A stretch of DNA of 64,000 nt from Nitrospirota bacterium (GTDB taxonomy: Bacteria; Nitrospirota; UBA9217). The stretch is taken from NCBI GenBank assembly GCA_035623825.1, contig DASPSR010000022.1, positions 32,001-96,000 on the forward strand. The letters are read 5' to 3'. A program made the translations under genes and the position numbers. This document shows, piece by piece, positions 47,739-57,761 of the stretch (positions within the stretch are counted from its first letter, which is position 1; every line of letters begins with the position of its first letter). Under the pieces are notes generated by a model. The model was not told where the DNA came from, made no database searches, and saw nothing but the letters and a program-made list of their open reading frames with translations.

Positions 47739-50375
47739 TTGAAGGCAAACGATTTGCGGAAGATTTTTCTAGACTACTTTGCGGCGCGGGGGCACAAGAT
47801 CGTGCCGAGCTCGGCTCTCGTCCCCCGGAGCGACCCCACGCTCCTGTTCACGAACGCAGGCATGGTGCAGTTCAAAAGCGTGTTCCTCGGAGAGGAAGCG
47901 CGGGAGTATAAGCGCGCAGTGACGAGTCAGAAGTGCATGCGCGCCGGCGGCAAACACAACGATCTCGAGAATGTGGGACATACTGCGCGGCACCACACTT
48001 TTTTCGAGATGCTTGGCAACTTCTCGTTCGGCGACTACTTTAAAAAGGAAGCAATCACCTTCGCCTGGGAGTTTCTGACGACTGTCATAGGGCTTCCGAA
48101 GGAGAAGCTCTGGGTCACGATCTACAAGGATGACGACGAGGCGTTCAAGCTCTGGCAGGACGTGGCCAGGGTCCCTCCCGACCGCATCGTGCGTCTCGGC
48201 GAACAGGACAACTTTTGGCAGATGGGCGACACCGGTCCCTGCGGCCCCTGCTCCGAGATCATCATCGACCAGGGGCCCGAGATCGGATGCGGGAAGGCGG
48301 AGTGCGCCGTGGGATGCGACTGCGACCGCTATCTTGAGATCTGGAACCTTGTGTTCATGCAGTTCAACCGGGACGCATCGGGGACACTCGCGCCCCTGCC
48401 CAAGCCGAGCATCGACACGGGTATGGGGCTCGAGAGGCTGTCTGCCGTGGTGGAGGGCGTCAAGAGCAATTTCGAGACCGACCTGTTCCGACCGATCATC
48501 AAACAGATTGCAACGCTTGCAGGCGTGCCGTACCATAAGGACCAGCAGGCGGACATCTCCTACCAGGTGATTGCCGACCACCTCCGGGCAATGACTTTTT
48601 TGATCTCTGACGGCGTGCTCCCCTCGAACGAGGGCAGGGGTTATGTGCTCCGGCGCGTGATCCGCAGGGCAAGCCGATACGGCAGACTCATCGGTATCGA
48701 CAAGCCGTTCCTGTACAAACTCACAGGAGTAGTGGTTGACGGGATGCGCGAAGCCTATCCTGAACTCGTTGACACCCGTGAACATGTTGCCAAGGTCGTT
48801 CTGCTCGAAGAGGAACGTTTTGCCACGACGCTCAGCTCGGGCATCGCGCTGTTGAACGAGACGGTCGCGAAAATCAAAGCAGAGAACAAGGACGAGATCC
48901 CCGGCGATGTGCTGTTCAAGCTCTACGATACCTTCGGCTTCCCCCTCGATCTGGTCGCGGACATGGCCCGGGACACGGGCCTGCGGCTTGATGAGGAAGG
49001 ATACCATAAGGCCATGCAGGAGCAAAGAGATAAGGCTCGGGCGGCTTGGGCCGGATCGGGAGAGGCAAAGATAAACCCCGTGTATAGAGAGGTTGCCGGC
49101 AGCATTCGCAAGCCGGCGTTCACGGGTTATGATATACTTCAAGATAACGGCCAGATCGTGGCCATCATTAAGGGAGACAAAAAGGCCGCGGAGGCGCATG
49201 AGGGCGACGATGCCGAGATCATCCTGGACCGCACGCCCTTCTACGCCGAATCCGGCGGGCAGGTGGGAGACAAGGGGGATCTTCTCGGCGAAGGCTCCAA
49301 ATTCTCGGTAAACGGGACCGTAAAACCCTACGAGGATCTCATCGTTCATCGGGGCAGGCTCAGGAAGGGCACCCTCAAGGTCGGTGACACGGTGCTCGCA
49401 CGGGTGGACGAGGAAAGCAGGGGCGATACGGCTCGACACCACACCGCCACGCACCTGCTCCATGCCACGCTCCGGTACGTGCTCGGTGACCATGTCAAAC
49501 AGGCGGGCTCGCTCGTGGCACCCGACCGGCTTCGCTTCGACTTCTCGCACTATGCGGCGCTGACTGACCGGGAACTGAACAGGATCGAAGAACTCGTCAA
49601 TGATTACATCATCGAAAACCACCCCGTGGAGACAGCGGTAATGGACGTTGACCAGGCGGTCGCCTCCGGAGCAATGGCCCTGTTCGACGAAAAATATGCA
49701 GACAAGGTGCGGGTCGTCACGGTCAAGGACGTGAGCAAAGAGCTCTGCGGCGGTACGCACACCCATGCGAGCGGCGACATCGGCGTGCTCAAGATCATCT
49801 CCGAGGTGGGCATCGCCGCGGGTGTCCGGAGGATAGAGGCCGTGGCCGGCAGGCATGCGTACCGGGCGTTTAAGGGCGAGGAACAGAGAATCGTGGATAT
49901 CGCCCAAATGCTCAAGGCGTCGGAGTCCGACGTGGTTGCGCGCGTGGAGAGACTTGTGGCTCAGGTGAAGAGCCTTGAAAAGGAGATAGACCAGTTCAAG
50001 CACAAGCTCCAGTCGTCTCAGGCGGACGACGTGGTCGGCGGCGCGCAGGTGATCAACGGAATTAAGGTGCTTGCAAAGCGCGTTGACGGGATGGACCCGA
50101 AGGACCTTCGCGACTTCGGCGACAAGCTGCGTGACAAGCTCGACTCCGGCATACTGGCGCTCGGCTCGGTAAAGGACGGGAAGGTGAGCCTTATCGTGAT
50201 GGTCACGAAAGATCTCACGAACCGGTTCCACGCGGGCCGGATCATCAAAGAGATGGCGGGCATCCTCGGCGGCACCGGAGGCGGCAAACCCGAGTTGGCG
50301 CAGTCCGGAGGAAAAGACCCGGCTAAGCTGGACGCGGCGCTCGGGGCGTTGTATACTATAACTAAGAAGGCATGA
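47739..50375 (+). CDS. alaS: Alanine--tRNA ligase
   Basis: LLFTNAGMVQFK, RHHTFFEMLGNFSFGDYFK, DTGMGLER, HTATHLLH, ELCGGTH; TTG start after AAGGAG. Confidence 0.99.
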   Translation: MKANDLRKIFLDYFAARGHKIVPSSALVPRSDPTLLFTNAGMVQFKSVFLGEEAREYKRAVTSQKCMRAGGKHNDLENVGHTARHHTFFEMLGNFSFGDYFKKEAITFAWEFLTTVIGLPKEKLWVTIYKDDDEAFKLWQDVARVPPDRIVRLGEQDNFWQMGDTGPCGPCSEIIIDQGPEIGCGKAECAVGCDCDRYLEIWNLVFMQFNRDASGTLAPLPKPSIDTGMGLERLSAVVEGVKSNFETDLFRPIIKQIATLAGVPYHKDQQADISYQVIADHLRAMTFLISDGVLPSNEGRGYVLRRVIRRASRYGRLIGIDKPFLYKLTGVVVDGMREAYPELVDTREHVAKVVLLEEERFATTLSSGIALLNETVAKIKAENKDEIPGDVLFKLYDTFGFPLDLVADMARDTGLRLDEEGYHKAMQEQRDKARAAWAGSGEAKINPVYREVAGSIRKPAFTGYDILQDNGQIVAIIKGDKKAAEAHEGDDAEIILDRTPFYAESGGQVGDKGDLLGEGSKFSVNGTVKPYEDLIVHRGRLRKGTLKVGDTVLARVDEESRGDTARHHTATHLLHATLRYVLGDHVKQAGSLVAPDRLRFDFSHYAALTDRELNRIEELVNDYIIENHPVETAVMDVDQAVASGAMALFDEKYADKVRVVTVKDVSKELCGGTHTHASGDIGVLKIISEVGIAAGVRRIEAVAGRHAYRAFKGEEQRIVDIAQMLKASESDVVARVERLVAQVKSLEKEIDQFKHKLQSSQADDVVGGAQVINGIKVLAKRVDGMDPKDLRDFGDKLRDKLDSGILALGSVKDGKVSLIVMVTKDLTNRFHAGRIIKEMAGILGGTGGGKPELAQSGGKDPAKLDAALGALYTITKKA

Positions 50376-50416
50376 GGATCCGTGCGGCAGCGGGACAACC
50401 AAGGGAGGAGGAGATC

Positions 50417-50737
50417 ATGACGGTTTCAGAGATTATCAAGAAGGCTATGCTGGCAGGACTTGGCGCGCAGGAAAAGGCCAAGGAGTTCATCGATGATCTG
50501 GTTAAGGCTGGAGAGCTTTCGAAAAGCGAGGGCGCATCGCTGGTGAAGGAATGGGTCTCCAAGGCCGAGGAGAGCACCAAGGATATGGACCACAAGGTCA
50601 AGGACGCCATGTCGGCCGCCTTTGAGAAACTCAACATCCCTACCCGCGGCGACCTCGAGAAAGTCGAGAAGAAGCTCCAGAACATCTCCGCAAGGCTTAC
50701 GAAGCTTGAGGGAGGCGAAGGGAAAGGCGGGGCGTAG
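50417..50737 (+). CDS. Phasin-like (PHA granule-associated / PhaF-PhaI-like) coiled-coil protein
   Basis: KKAMLAGLGA..DDLVKAGEL..LNIPTRGDL. Confidence 0.78.
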   Translation: MTVSEIIKKAMLAGLGAQEKAKEFIDDLVKAGELSKSEGASLVKEWVSKAEESTKDMDHKVKDAMSAAFEKLNIPTRGDLEKVEKKLQNISARLTKLEGGEGKGGA

Positions 50738-50757
50738 CTCGCGGCCCCGCAATACCA

Positions 50758-52461
50758 ATGTCTCTTTTGGGCTTTTGGAGAAGACACTACCGGGACATAC
50801 CCAGGATCAGGCAGATTATCATGGTGGCGTCCCGGCACGGGTTCGGCCATGTCGTGGAGCAGCTCGGCCTGCAGCGGTTCATCTCCGTCGGCAGGCGGGT
50901 ACTGACGTTCAAGCAGCCCCTCCCAGAACACCGGCTGAACGCGCCGGAACGGCTACGACTCGTATTCGAGGAACTGGGTCCCTCCTTCATCAAACTCGGG
51001 CAGGTGCTGGCCTGCAGGCCGGACATGATGCCCATAGAGTATGCCCAGGAACTTGTCAAGCTTACCGACTCAGTCTCTCCCTTTCCATACGATGATGTCA
51101 AGACGATCATCGAAAAAGATCTAGGCGCGCCCATAGAGCAGGTCTTTGCGCAGTTCGACCGAGTCCCCATCGCGGCTGCGTCAATCGCACAAGTCCACAG
51201 GGCGGTTCTCAGCGACGGCACCGAAGTGATAGTCAAGGTCCAGCGGCCCAACATCGACCGGATCATCTCACGGGACATCAGCATTCTGCGCGGACTCGCC
51301 GAACTCATCGAGATGTACGTCCCTGATGTGGCCGTTTACAATCCCAAGGGCATCGTCGAGGAGTTTGCGCGAACCATAAGCCGGGAGATGGATTTCTTCA
51401 TAGAAGCCTCGAACGCCGCGCAACTCAGGAAAAACTTCGAGAAGAGCGACATCCTCTACATTCCCGAGGTCCATGCCGATCTGTCGAGCAAGCGGGTGAT
51501 GGTCCTGGAGAAACTCGAGGGTGTCCGCATCGATGATTTTGGCGCCATAGAACGCATGGGTTTCGACCGCGGGGAGCTATCAAAGAAGGGTGCCGCTGCT
51601 TTCTTCCAGATGGTCTTCCAGGACGGGTTCTTCCATGCAGATCCCCATCCCGGCAACATCTTCGTGCTCAATGACGGACGGCTAGCCCTTGTCGATTTCG
51701 GGATCGTGGGGAGGGTGAGCGAGGAAAATATGGAATACTTCGCCAACTCCTTTCTGGCCCTGGTGAACCACGATTATGATGCCTTGGTCCGGCAGTACGT
51801 GAACCTGGGATTCGTTTCGGACGAGGTGGTTGACCTCGAACGCTTCCAGCGGGAGCTCAAGGAGGACTTTACGGAGCTTCTCGAACCTTATTACGGGATG
51901 AAGGTGAGGCAGATCGATTTTGGGGCCTACGTGGACCGTGTGACCCATATCCTCCTCCGGTACCACCTGCGTCTTCCGCAGAACCTGTACCTCATCGACA
52001 AGGCGCTCATAACGCTGGAAGGCATATTGAGGCAGCTCGATCCCGAGTTTGACTATATCGAGGCCGCGAGGCCCTACGTGGCGGACCTGATCCGCAAACG
52101 CCACAGTCCCTTCAGGTACGCCCGGACCATGCAGAAAAACGTGGCGGAAATTTCCGACATGGTATCCCAAATGCCGCGCCAGCTGCGGAACGTGGTCAGG
52201 AAGATCCTGCGGAACGACGTCCACATGATCCTTCATCACGAGGGACTCCAGCACTTGATTCGGGACCTGGACAAGGCGAGCAACCGAATCGCGTTCAGCG
52301 TCATAACCGCTGCAATAATCATGGCGTCCTCCATCATCATCCATTCGGGGGCGGGGCCGACGCTCTTCGGTCTGCCGACGTTCGGGCTGATCGGGTATGT
52401 AATTGCTGCGCTCTTCGGGATATGGATCCTCATCGGCATCCTGCGGTCGGGGCAGCTGTAG
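50758..52461 (+). CDS. ubiB: AarF/ABC1/UbiB family atypical kinase
   Basis: ELGPSFIKLGQ, AAASIAQVH, VKVQRP, FHADPHPGN, DFGIVG; C-terminal TMs. Confidence 0.92.
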   Translation: MSLLGFWRRHYRDIPRIRQIIMVASRHGFGHVVEQLGLQRFISVGRRVLTFKQPLPEHRLNAPERLRLVFEELGPSFIKLGQVLACRPDMMPIEYAQELVKLTDSVSPFPYDDVKTIIEKDLGAPIEQVFAQFDRVPIAAASIAQVHRAVLSDGTEVIVKVQRPNIDRIISRDISILRGLAELIEMYVPDVAVYNPKGIVEEFARTISREMDFFIEASNAAQLRKNFEKSDILYIPEVHADLSSKRVMVLEKLEGVRIDDFGAIERMGFDRGELSKKGAAAFFQMVFQDGFFHADPHPGNIFVLNDGRLALVDFGIVGRVSEENMEYFANSFLALVNHDYDALVRQYVNLGFVSDEVVDLERFQRELKEDFTELLEPYYGMKVRQIDFGAYVDRVTHILLRYHLRLPQNLYLIDKALITLEGILRQLDPEFDYIEAARPYVADLIRKRHSPFRYARTMQKNVAEISDMVSQMPRQLRNVVRKILRNDVHMILHHEGLQHLIRDLDKASNRIAFSVITAAIIMASSIIIHSGAGPTLFGLPTFGLIGYVIAALFGIWILIGILRSGQL

Positions 52462-52474
52462 GTAAGAAATCTGC

Positions 52475-53572
52475 ATGGAGAAGGAAAGACCACAAAAGGC
52501 ATTGATCTCCCGATGGTTGGGCGTCCAGAAATGGGTCAAGAAACACCCGTGGCCGTCGTTCCTGATTGCCACGATCATGCTCACAGTCATTGTCCATTTT
52601 TATATTGCCCTGTTCGTCCCCCCGTCAAGGGAAAAGGTGTGGGTTGAAGTTCAGGTGACCGAAGGCATGAGTTTCAAGGCTATTGCGGGCATGCTCCAGA
52701 AAGAGGGCATTATCCGCTACCGCGGGTATTTCGAGATCATCGGCAGGCTCCAAGGCATCAGCCGCAAGGTGCGTCTGGGCTATTACGGGATGAACACGAA
52801 CATGAGCATGTGGGAGGTGCTGGAGGCTCTCAGGAAAGGCAAGATCATCGAGTACGAGATCGTGGTCCCCGAGGGATACAATCTTTATCAGATTGGATGG
52901 ACACTAACCGGCACACCCCTCATCTCCGATCCGCAGGAGTTCATCAACCTGGTGAAGAACAAGGACTACGTCCATTCACTCGGCGTTGATGCCGATACGC
53001 TCGAGGGTTACCTGTACCCGGACACCTACTTTTTCCCCAAAGGCATCAGACTCGAGGATATCCCGAAGAAGATGGTTCAGCGCTACAAGGCAGTGTTTGA
53101 CGACAGCTACCGCGCCCGGGCGAAGGAACTCGGGTTTACCGAGCAGCAGATCATTACGCTGGCCTCGATTGTGGAGAAAGAGGCCAAAGTGGCTTCTGAG
53201 CGAAAGCTCATCTCCGCGGTGTACCACAACCGGTTAAGGAAGGGCATGAGGCTTCAGGCAGACCCGACAGCTGTTTACGGGACCAAGGCATGGGTCACGA
53301 AAGTATCGGCGCAGGATCTCAAGCGGCATTCCCCGTACAACACGTATCTCCACAAGGGCTTACCGCCCGGGCCAATCGCAAACCCCGGCCAAGGCGCAAT
53401 CCTCGCTGCGCTGTATCCTGAACCCGTGGACTATCTCTTCTTCGTGGCGCAGGGCGATGGAAGCCACTATTTCACCACGGATTTCAATGCGCATACGAAG
53501 GCTGTGGACAGATATCGGTCGAATAAGAGGAAGGCAAGGCAGCAGGCGCTCATGAAGAAGAAACAGGATTGA
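52475..53572 (+). CDS. mltG: Endolytic transglycosylase MltG
   Basis: LEGYLYPDTY, LASIVEKE, LQADPT, SPYNTY..GLPPGPIANPG. Confidence 0.96.
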   Translation: MEKERPQKALISRWLGVQKWVKKHPWPSFLIATIMLTVIVHFYIALFVPPSREKVWVEVQVTEGMSFKAIAGMLQKEGIIRYRGYFEIIGRLQGISRKVRLGYYGMNTNMSMWEVLEALRKGKIIEYEIVVPEGYNLYQIGWTLTGTPLISDPQEFINLVKNKDYVHSLGVDADTLEGYLYPDTYFFPKGIRLEDIPKKMVQRYKAVFDDSYRARAKELGFTEQQIITLASIVEKEAKVASERKLISAVYHNRLRKGMRLQADPTAVYGTKAWVTKVSAQDLKRHSPYNTYLHKGLPPGPIANPGQGAILAALYPEPVDYLFFVAQGDGSHYFTTDFNAHTKAVDRYRSNKRKARQQALMKKKQD

Positions 53573-53573
53573 G

Positions 53574-53978
53574 CTATTCGATGCGGACCATGAAGGCAGA
53601 GAACGCGGGCAGAGAAAGCATCTTTTTCTTCAGCCCCTCGATTTCGAATTTCCCATAGGCCATCGAGTTGTCGTAGAGCTTGATGGTCTTTCTCTTCGTA
53701 TCGATTTCGTATTTTCCGCCGCCGGCGACCGACCACGCACGATCGGGGATGACGTACCGCTTGCCTTCGGAGTCATAGAACCCCTCAACTCCCTTATCGA
53801 GACAGAACCGCTCAACGATGTTGGCATGATACTTCGTGAACTCCTTGGGCGAGAAGACAAGATATTCCGTGGCCTCGTTCCGGATCTGGACGAACTTGCC
53901 GCTCATCACCGGAGGGACCTCGGTGCGCGCGATCGCCTTGTAGTACAGATGCGCGTAATCAATGATCACCATGGTCAT
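53574..53978 (-). CDS. Hypothetical protein with Janus/Ocnus (PHPT1-like) motifs
   Basis: GKFVQIR, YHANI, GGGK and LY.NSMAYG in the same order as PHPT1 motifs. Confidence 0.7.
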   Translation of the reverse strand: MTMVIIDYAHLYYKAIARTEVPPVMSGKFVQIRNEATEYLVFSPKEFTKYHANIVERFCLDKGVEGFYDSEGKRYVIPDRAWSVAGGGKYEIDTKRKTIKLYDNSMAYGKFEIEGLKKKMLSLPAFSAFMVRIE

Positions 53979-54049
53979 AATGATATTATAACCCTATTCC
54001 CCGAACTCCCCGATGCATGAAAACTGCGTGCAGCAGGAGTTTGAGCAAT

Positions 54050-54904
54050 CTACTCCCGCTGCCTCGGGTCGAGGGCATCGCGGATGCCTTCGCCGAGGAG
54101 GTTGTAACCGAGCACGGTGATGAGGATCGCGAGGCCGGGGAAAGCCGAGAGCCACCAGGCAATCTCTATATTGTCCTTGCCCGAGGAGAGCAGACTGCCC
54201 CAGCTCGGCGTAGGCGGCTGAACGCCGAGTCCGAGGAAGCTCAACGCCGACTCGATAAGGATGGCTCCGCCGATGCCCAGGGTCGCTGACACGAGAATGG
54301 GCGAGAGCCCGTTCGGCAGAACGTGCTTCATGATGATGCGTCTGTCGGAGGAGCCTATGGCGCGGGCGGCGATCACGAATTCCCGCTCCTTAAGAGATAT
54401 GAACTCCGCACGGATGAGCCGGGCCGGCTCCATCCAGCTCGTAAGCCCGATCACGGCCATGATGTTGATGATGTTCGGCTCGAGGATTGCAATGACGGCC
54501 AGCACCAGAAAAATCGTCGGGATGCTCAGCATGATGTCGACTGCCCGCATGATGAGGCTGTCGACCCAACCGCCGTAGTAGCCTGCAATCGAGCCCAGAA
54601 GGATGCCTATGACTGTGGCAATCCCGACGGCTACGAACCCTACCTCAAGAGAGATCCTTCCGCCCCAGAGCATGCGAGAAAGCACGTCCCTGCCCAGGTC
54701 GTCGGTTCCGAGCGGGTGCGATATGCTCGGCCCGACGAGGATGTTTTTGATGTCGATGGTGGATGGGCTATAAGGGGCGATCAGCGGCGCAAATATGGAC
54801 AGGATGAAGACGAGCAGCACCAGTATCCCGCCAATGACGGCAAGCCGGTTCTTCATGAGGTAATGAAAAGTTTGGGAGGTGAAGGACTCAGAGCTGATCG
54901 CCAT
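54050..54904 (-). CDS. oppC: Peptide/nickel ABC transporter permease (OppC/DppC)
   Basis: HPLGTDDLGRDVLSR; EAA loop (REFVIAARAIG); SFLGLGVQPPTPSWG. Confidence 0.93.
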   Translation of the reverse strand: MAISSESFTSQTFHYLMKNRLAVIGGILVLLVFILSIFAPLIAPYSPSTIDIKNILVGPSISHPLGTDDLGRDVLSRMLWGGRISLEVGFVAVGIATVIGILLGSIAGYYGGWVDSLIMRAVDIMLSIPTIFLVLAVIAILEPNIINIMAVIGLTSWMEPARLIRAEFISLKEREFVIAARAIGSSDRRIIMKHVLPNGLSPILVSATLGIGGAILIESALSFLGLGVQPPTPSWGSLLSSGKDNIEIAWWLSAFPGLAILITVLGYNLLGEGIRDALDPRQRE

Positions 54905-55077
54905 TCGTACTCCTGTTTCTTATCTTAACGCCGGCGGATGCCCGGCATGCGTGTCAGACCTGCGGCTGTAGCATGAAATCCTGGCCATGAATTACCGCCT
55001 TCCAGGATAGAAAGCGCAGGCCAGGATCTAAGGTCCGCATGCGATATATTGCGCTTCGAGCTTGATATGTGCGCGTG

Positions 55078-56049
55078 TCAACGCAATCTCACCCTCGGGT
55101 CCGTAAAGGCATACGCAATATCGGCAAGGAAATTGCCGAGCATCGTCAGAAATGCCGCCGGCACGAGGATTCCCATAGCGAGGTTGTAGTCGCGCGAGAA
55201 TACCGCCTGATACAGGAGCAGGCCCATGCCGGGGATACTGAAGACCGTTTCCATGATTACGCTGCCGCCAATGATGCCGGGGAGCGAGAGGCCGAGAATG
55301 GTGATCACGGGCATGAGCGCGTTCCTGAGCGCGTGCTTGTAAATGATTATTTTTTCCGGAAGTCCCTTGGCCCAAGCGGTACGAATGTAGTCCTGGCGCA
55401 ATACCTCGAGCATGTTGTTCCGGACGTAGCGTGAGAACCCTGCCAGCCCGCCGAAGGCCGATACAAGGACCGGCAGGATCAGGTGCCTACCCCAGTCCGA
55501 AATCCTGCCCCAGAACGTCAGGCTTGCCGTATCCAGGCTCTGGATGCCCGAAATGGGAAGCAAGCCCCATTGCACGCCGAGCATGTAGATCAGCAGGAGT
55601 GCGAGCCAGAACGAGGGCGTGGAAAAACCTACAAAGACGAAGACTGTCGTGAACCGATCAATGAACGAGTATTGTCGTGTTGCTGACATGATGCCGATAG
55701 GTATCGCGATCAGGAGTACGAGCCCGAGGGAGAGCAGGTTGATCGTGAGCGTGATCGGAAGGCGTTCCAAGATCTTGTCCTTGACCTTGCGTCCATCGGC
55801 AAAGGCCTCGCCGAAATCAAGTGTTATGAACTTCTTGAGCCACGTGGCATACTGTTTGTAGAAGGGTTGGTCCGCGCCGTAGAGTTTCCTGAGACGCTCC
55901 CGGGCTTCGGCCGACGCCTTGGCCGAGAACTCCATCTGCGCCTCGGCAGGCCCCCCCGGCGCGAGGCGCATGATGCCGAAGCTCAGCACCGTGATGCCGA
56001 GCAGGATGGGGATCATCAGGAGCGTGCGTTTTATGATGTAGATGAACAT
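55078..56049 (-). CDS. oppB: Peptide/nickel ABC transporter permease (OppB/DppB)
   Basis: LAPGGP, TPSFWL, DYIRTAWAKGL, HALRNAL, ETVFSIPGMG. Confidence 0.93.
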   Translation of the reverse strand: MFIYIIKRTLLMIPILLGITVLSFGIMRLAPGGPAEAQMEFSAKASAEARERLRKLYGADQPFYKQYATWLKKFITLDFGEAFADGRKVKDKILERLPITLTINLLSLGLVLLIAIPIGIMSATRQYSFIDRFTTVFVFVGFSTPSFWLALLLIYMLGVQWGLLPISGIQSLDTASLTFWGRISDWGRHLILPVLVSAFGGLAGFSRYVRNNMLEVLRQDYIRTAWAKGLPEKIIIYKHALRNALMPVITILGLSLPGIIGGSVIMETVFSIPGMGLLLYQAVFSRDYNLAMGILVPAAFLTMLGNFLADIAYAFTDPRVRLR

Positions 56050-56061
56050 TGGGCCGGCGAT

Positions 56062-56328
56062 CTATCCAGTGACCTTGTACACGAGGTCGAAGGGCTTGAC
56101 AGGATGGGAGAGCTTTATGCCGGTGAACTGGCCGCGGATGGCTTTCTGCACTGGCTGATGGTCGAACTCCATCATTTCAATCTTCTGAGTGAAGTCGGAA
56201 CTGCTCCCCTTGATGCGGACGGTATCGCCCACGGAAAGGTCGCCGAACTCCAGTTTGACCGCCGCGACGGATGTTTTTTCGAAAAACCGTATCACTGACC
56301 CGATCCGCTCTTCCATAGCCGTAATCAT
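56062..56328 (-). CDS. Small translation-factor-like beta-barrel protein (EF-Tu domain II-like)
   Basis: IGSVIRFFEK.SVAAVKL..L.VGD.V.IKG..DF.Q.I..M..V..A..GQ..GIK. Confidence 0.75.
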   Translation of the reverse strand: MITAMEERIGSVIRFFEKTSVAAVKLEFGDLSVGDTVRIKGSSSDFTQKIEMMEFDHQPVQKAIRGQFTGIKLSHPVKPFDLVYKVTG

Positions 56329-56439
56329 AGTATAAAATACGCGGTATTACAAGAGAAAAGCTGTTTGAACGGACGAAAATCGTGTGGAAGTTCTGTCTCT
56401 GTGAAAGGGGAAAATGTATATTCTTCGGATATATAGAGC

Positions 56440-56468
56440 TTGACAACACTAGGCGGCGTGAGTATTAT
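56440..56468 (+). promoter_or_regulatory. Sigma70 promoter of the tRNA cluster
   Basis: TTGACA-N17-TATTAT followed by GC-rich sequence. Confidence 0.7.
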
Positions 56469-56529
56469 CAAGTTGCGCCGTAAAAAACCTCTGTCGCTCC
56501 GACGGGATAGAAGGCGCTGATTTTCTATT

Positions 56530-56582
56530 TGCTCTTTAACTGCCCGTTAGCTATATATATTTACCATCTTGTTCTTTGACAA
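56530..56582 (+). promoter_or_regulatory. Two boxA-like antitermination elements
   Basis: TGCTCTTTAAC (56530) and TGTTCTTTGACAA (56570). Confidence 0.55.
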
Positions 56583-56683
56583 TCAGCATGGCGTTGACTG
56601 TCAGGCGTGGTTGACGGAGAAAGACTGTCGACATCAAAGGAGCTGCGGGTCAGGGATAAGCGGTAAACAGCGGTAAGGTACCT

Positions 56684-56760
56684 CGGGGCGTGGCGCAGCC
56701 CGGTAGCGCGTCTGCTTTGGGAGCAGAAAGCCGGAGGTTCAAATCCTCTCGCCCCGACCA
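56684..56760 (+). tRNA. tRNA-Pro(TGG)
   Basis: Cloverleaf; anticodon arm TCTGC-TT-TGG-GA-GCAGA; GGTTCAAATCC; CCA. Confidence 0.97.
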
Positions 56761-56823
56761 GTTATTGCTCATGGCCCATAGTCGAGGTTCATAGCTATGA
56801 GCTTCAGAGCAATGAACTCACGT

Positions 56824-56900
56824 GCGCCTGTAGCTCAGGTGGATAGAGCAACAGCCTTCTAAGCTGTGGGTCAGGGGTTCGAATCCCTTCAGGCGCGCCA
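56824..56900 (+). tRNA. tRNA-Arg(TCT)
   Basis: ACAGC-CT-TCT-AA-GCTGT; T-arm GGTTCGAATCC; CCA. Confidence 0.97.
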
Positions 56901-57002
56901 TAATACTGAGAAAATTAAATAGAAAAGTCCGTGATTTTAAGGTATCATTTATATCAATCGCGCTTTCTTGATTTTTTGCATTTTTTCACATTGGTTTCAC
57001 AT

Positions 57003-57079
57003 GGTGGGCGTAGCTCAGCTGGTAGAGCACAAGGTTGTGGCCCTTGTGGCCGCGGGTTCGAGCCCCGTCGCTCACCCCA
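57003..57079 (+). tRNA. tRNA-His(GTG)
   Basis: G-1 encoded; CAAGG-TT-GTG-GC-CCTTG; C discriminator plus CCA. Confidence 0.97.
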
Positions 57080-57134
57080 ATTTTATGAGTGAGACGGCCA
57101 GTCGGGCCGTCTCACTGTTTATACGGTAGATTCC

Positions 57135-57211
<77 letters not shown>

Positions 57212-57280
57212 AGTAATTGCATGGCTGCCAGCCCTGTTCCCGTTGTTCAGAACAATACGCTATCTGTTTTGATCTAAGTT

Positions 57281-57357
57281 GCGCCCGTAGCTCAGTTGGA
57301 TAGAGTGTCGGCCTCCGAAGCCGAAGGTCGTGGGTTCGACTCCCGCCGGGCGCGCCA
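57281..57357 (+). tRNA. tRNA-Arg(CCG)
   Basis: TCGGC-CT-CCG-AA-GCCGA; CCA. Confidence 0.96.
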
Positions 57358-57618
57358 TAAGATCCACAAGAAACAGAAAAGAGAAGCTGCATTCGTCCCG
57401 TTAGGTCGTGGCGTCATGCGGGAAACCGCGGCATCGGGAATTTCAGAGTGGGTCTCTCTCGGCGTCGGGGACATGCCGGAGGGGACTGGCACGCCCTGGG
57501 AATCGTTCATGAGTAAATGAGTGTGTTCGGCTCGTATCGGGTGCCGTTAATAATTGCAATATTGGGAATAAAAAAGGACTCAAGTCAGTTTCCTCGGGTT
57601 GAATCATTAATTTTCTTG

Positions 57619-57647
57619 TTGCATACAATAGCAAAGATAAGTATAAT
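57619..57647 (+). promoter_or_regulatory. Sigma70 promoter of tRNA-Lys/Leu-tig
   Basis: TTGCAT-N17-TATAAT. Confidence 0.7.
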
Positions 57648-57685
57648 ACACCCGCTTTTCACCCGGTTCTATCATCAATCGTTAC

Positions 57686-57761
<76 letters not shown>

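Noticed and set aside
47769-50402. 877-aa ORF antisense to alaS
   Set aside because: Shadow ORF produced by GC3-biased codon usage of a conserved core gene; no motifs or RBS.
54905-55077. Nested inverted repeats between oppB and oppC (similar imperfect hairpins at 44030-44100, 47620-47705 and 57775-57828)
   Set aside because: No shared sequence between copies, no target-site duplications and no transposase; treated as ordinary intergenic stem-loops rather than a MITE family.
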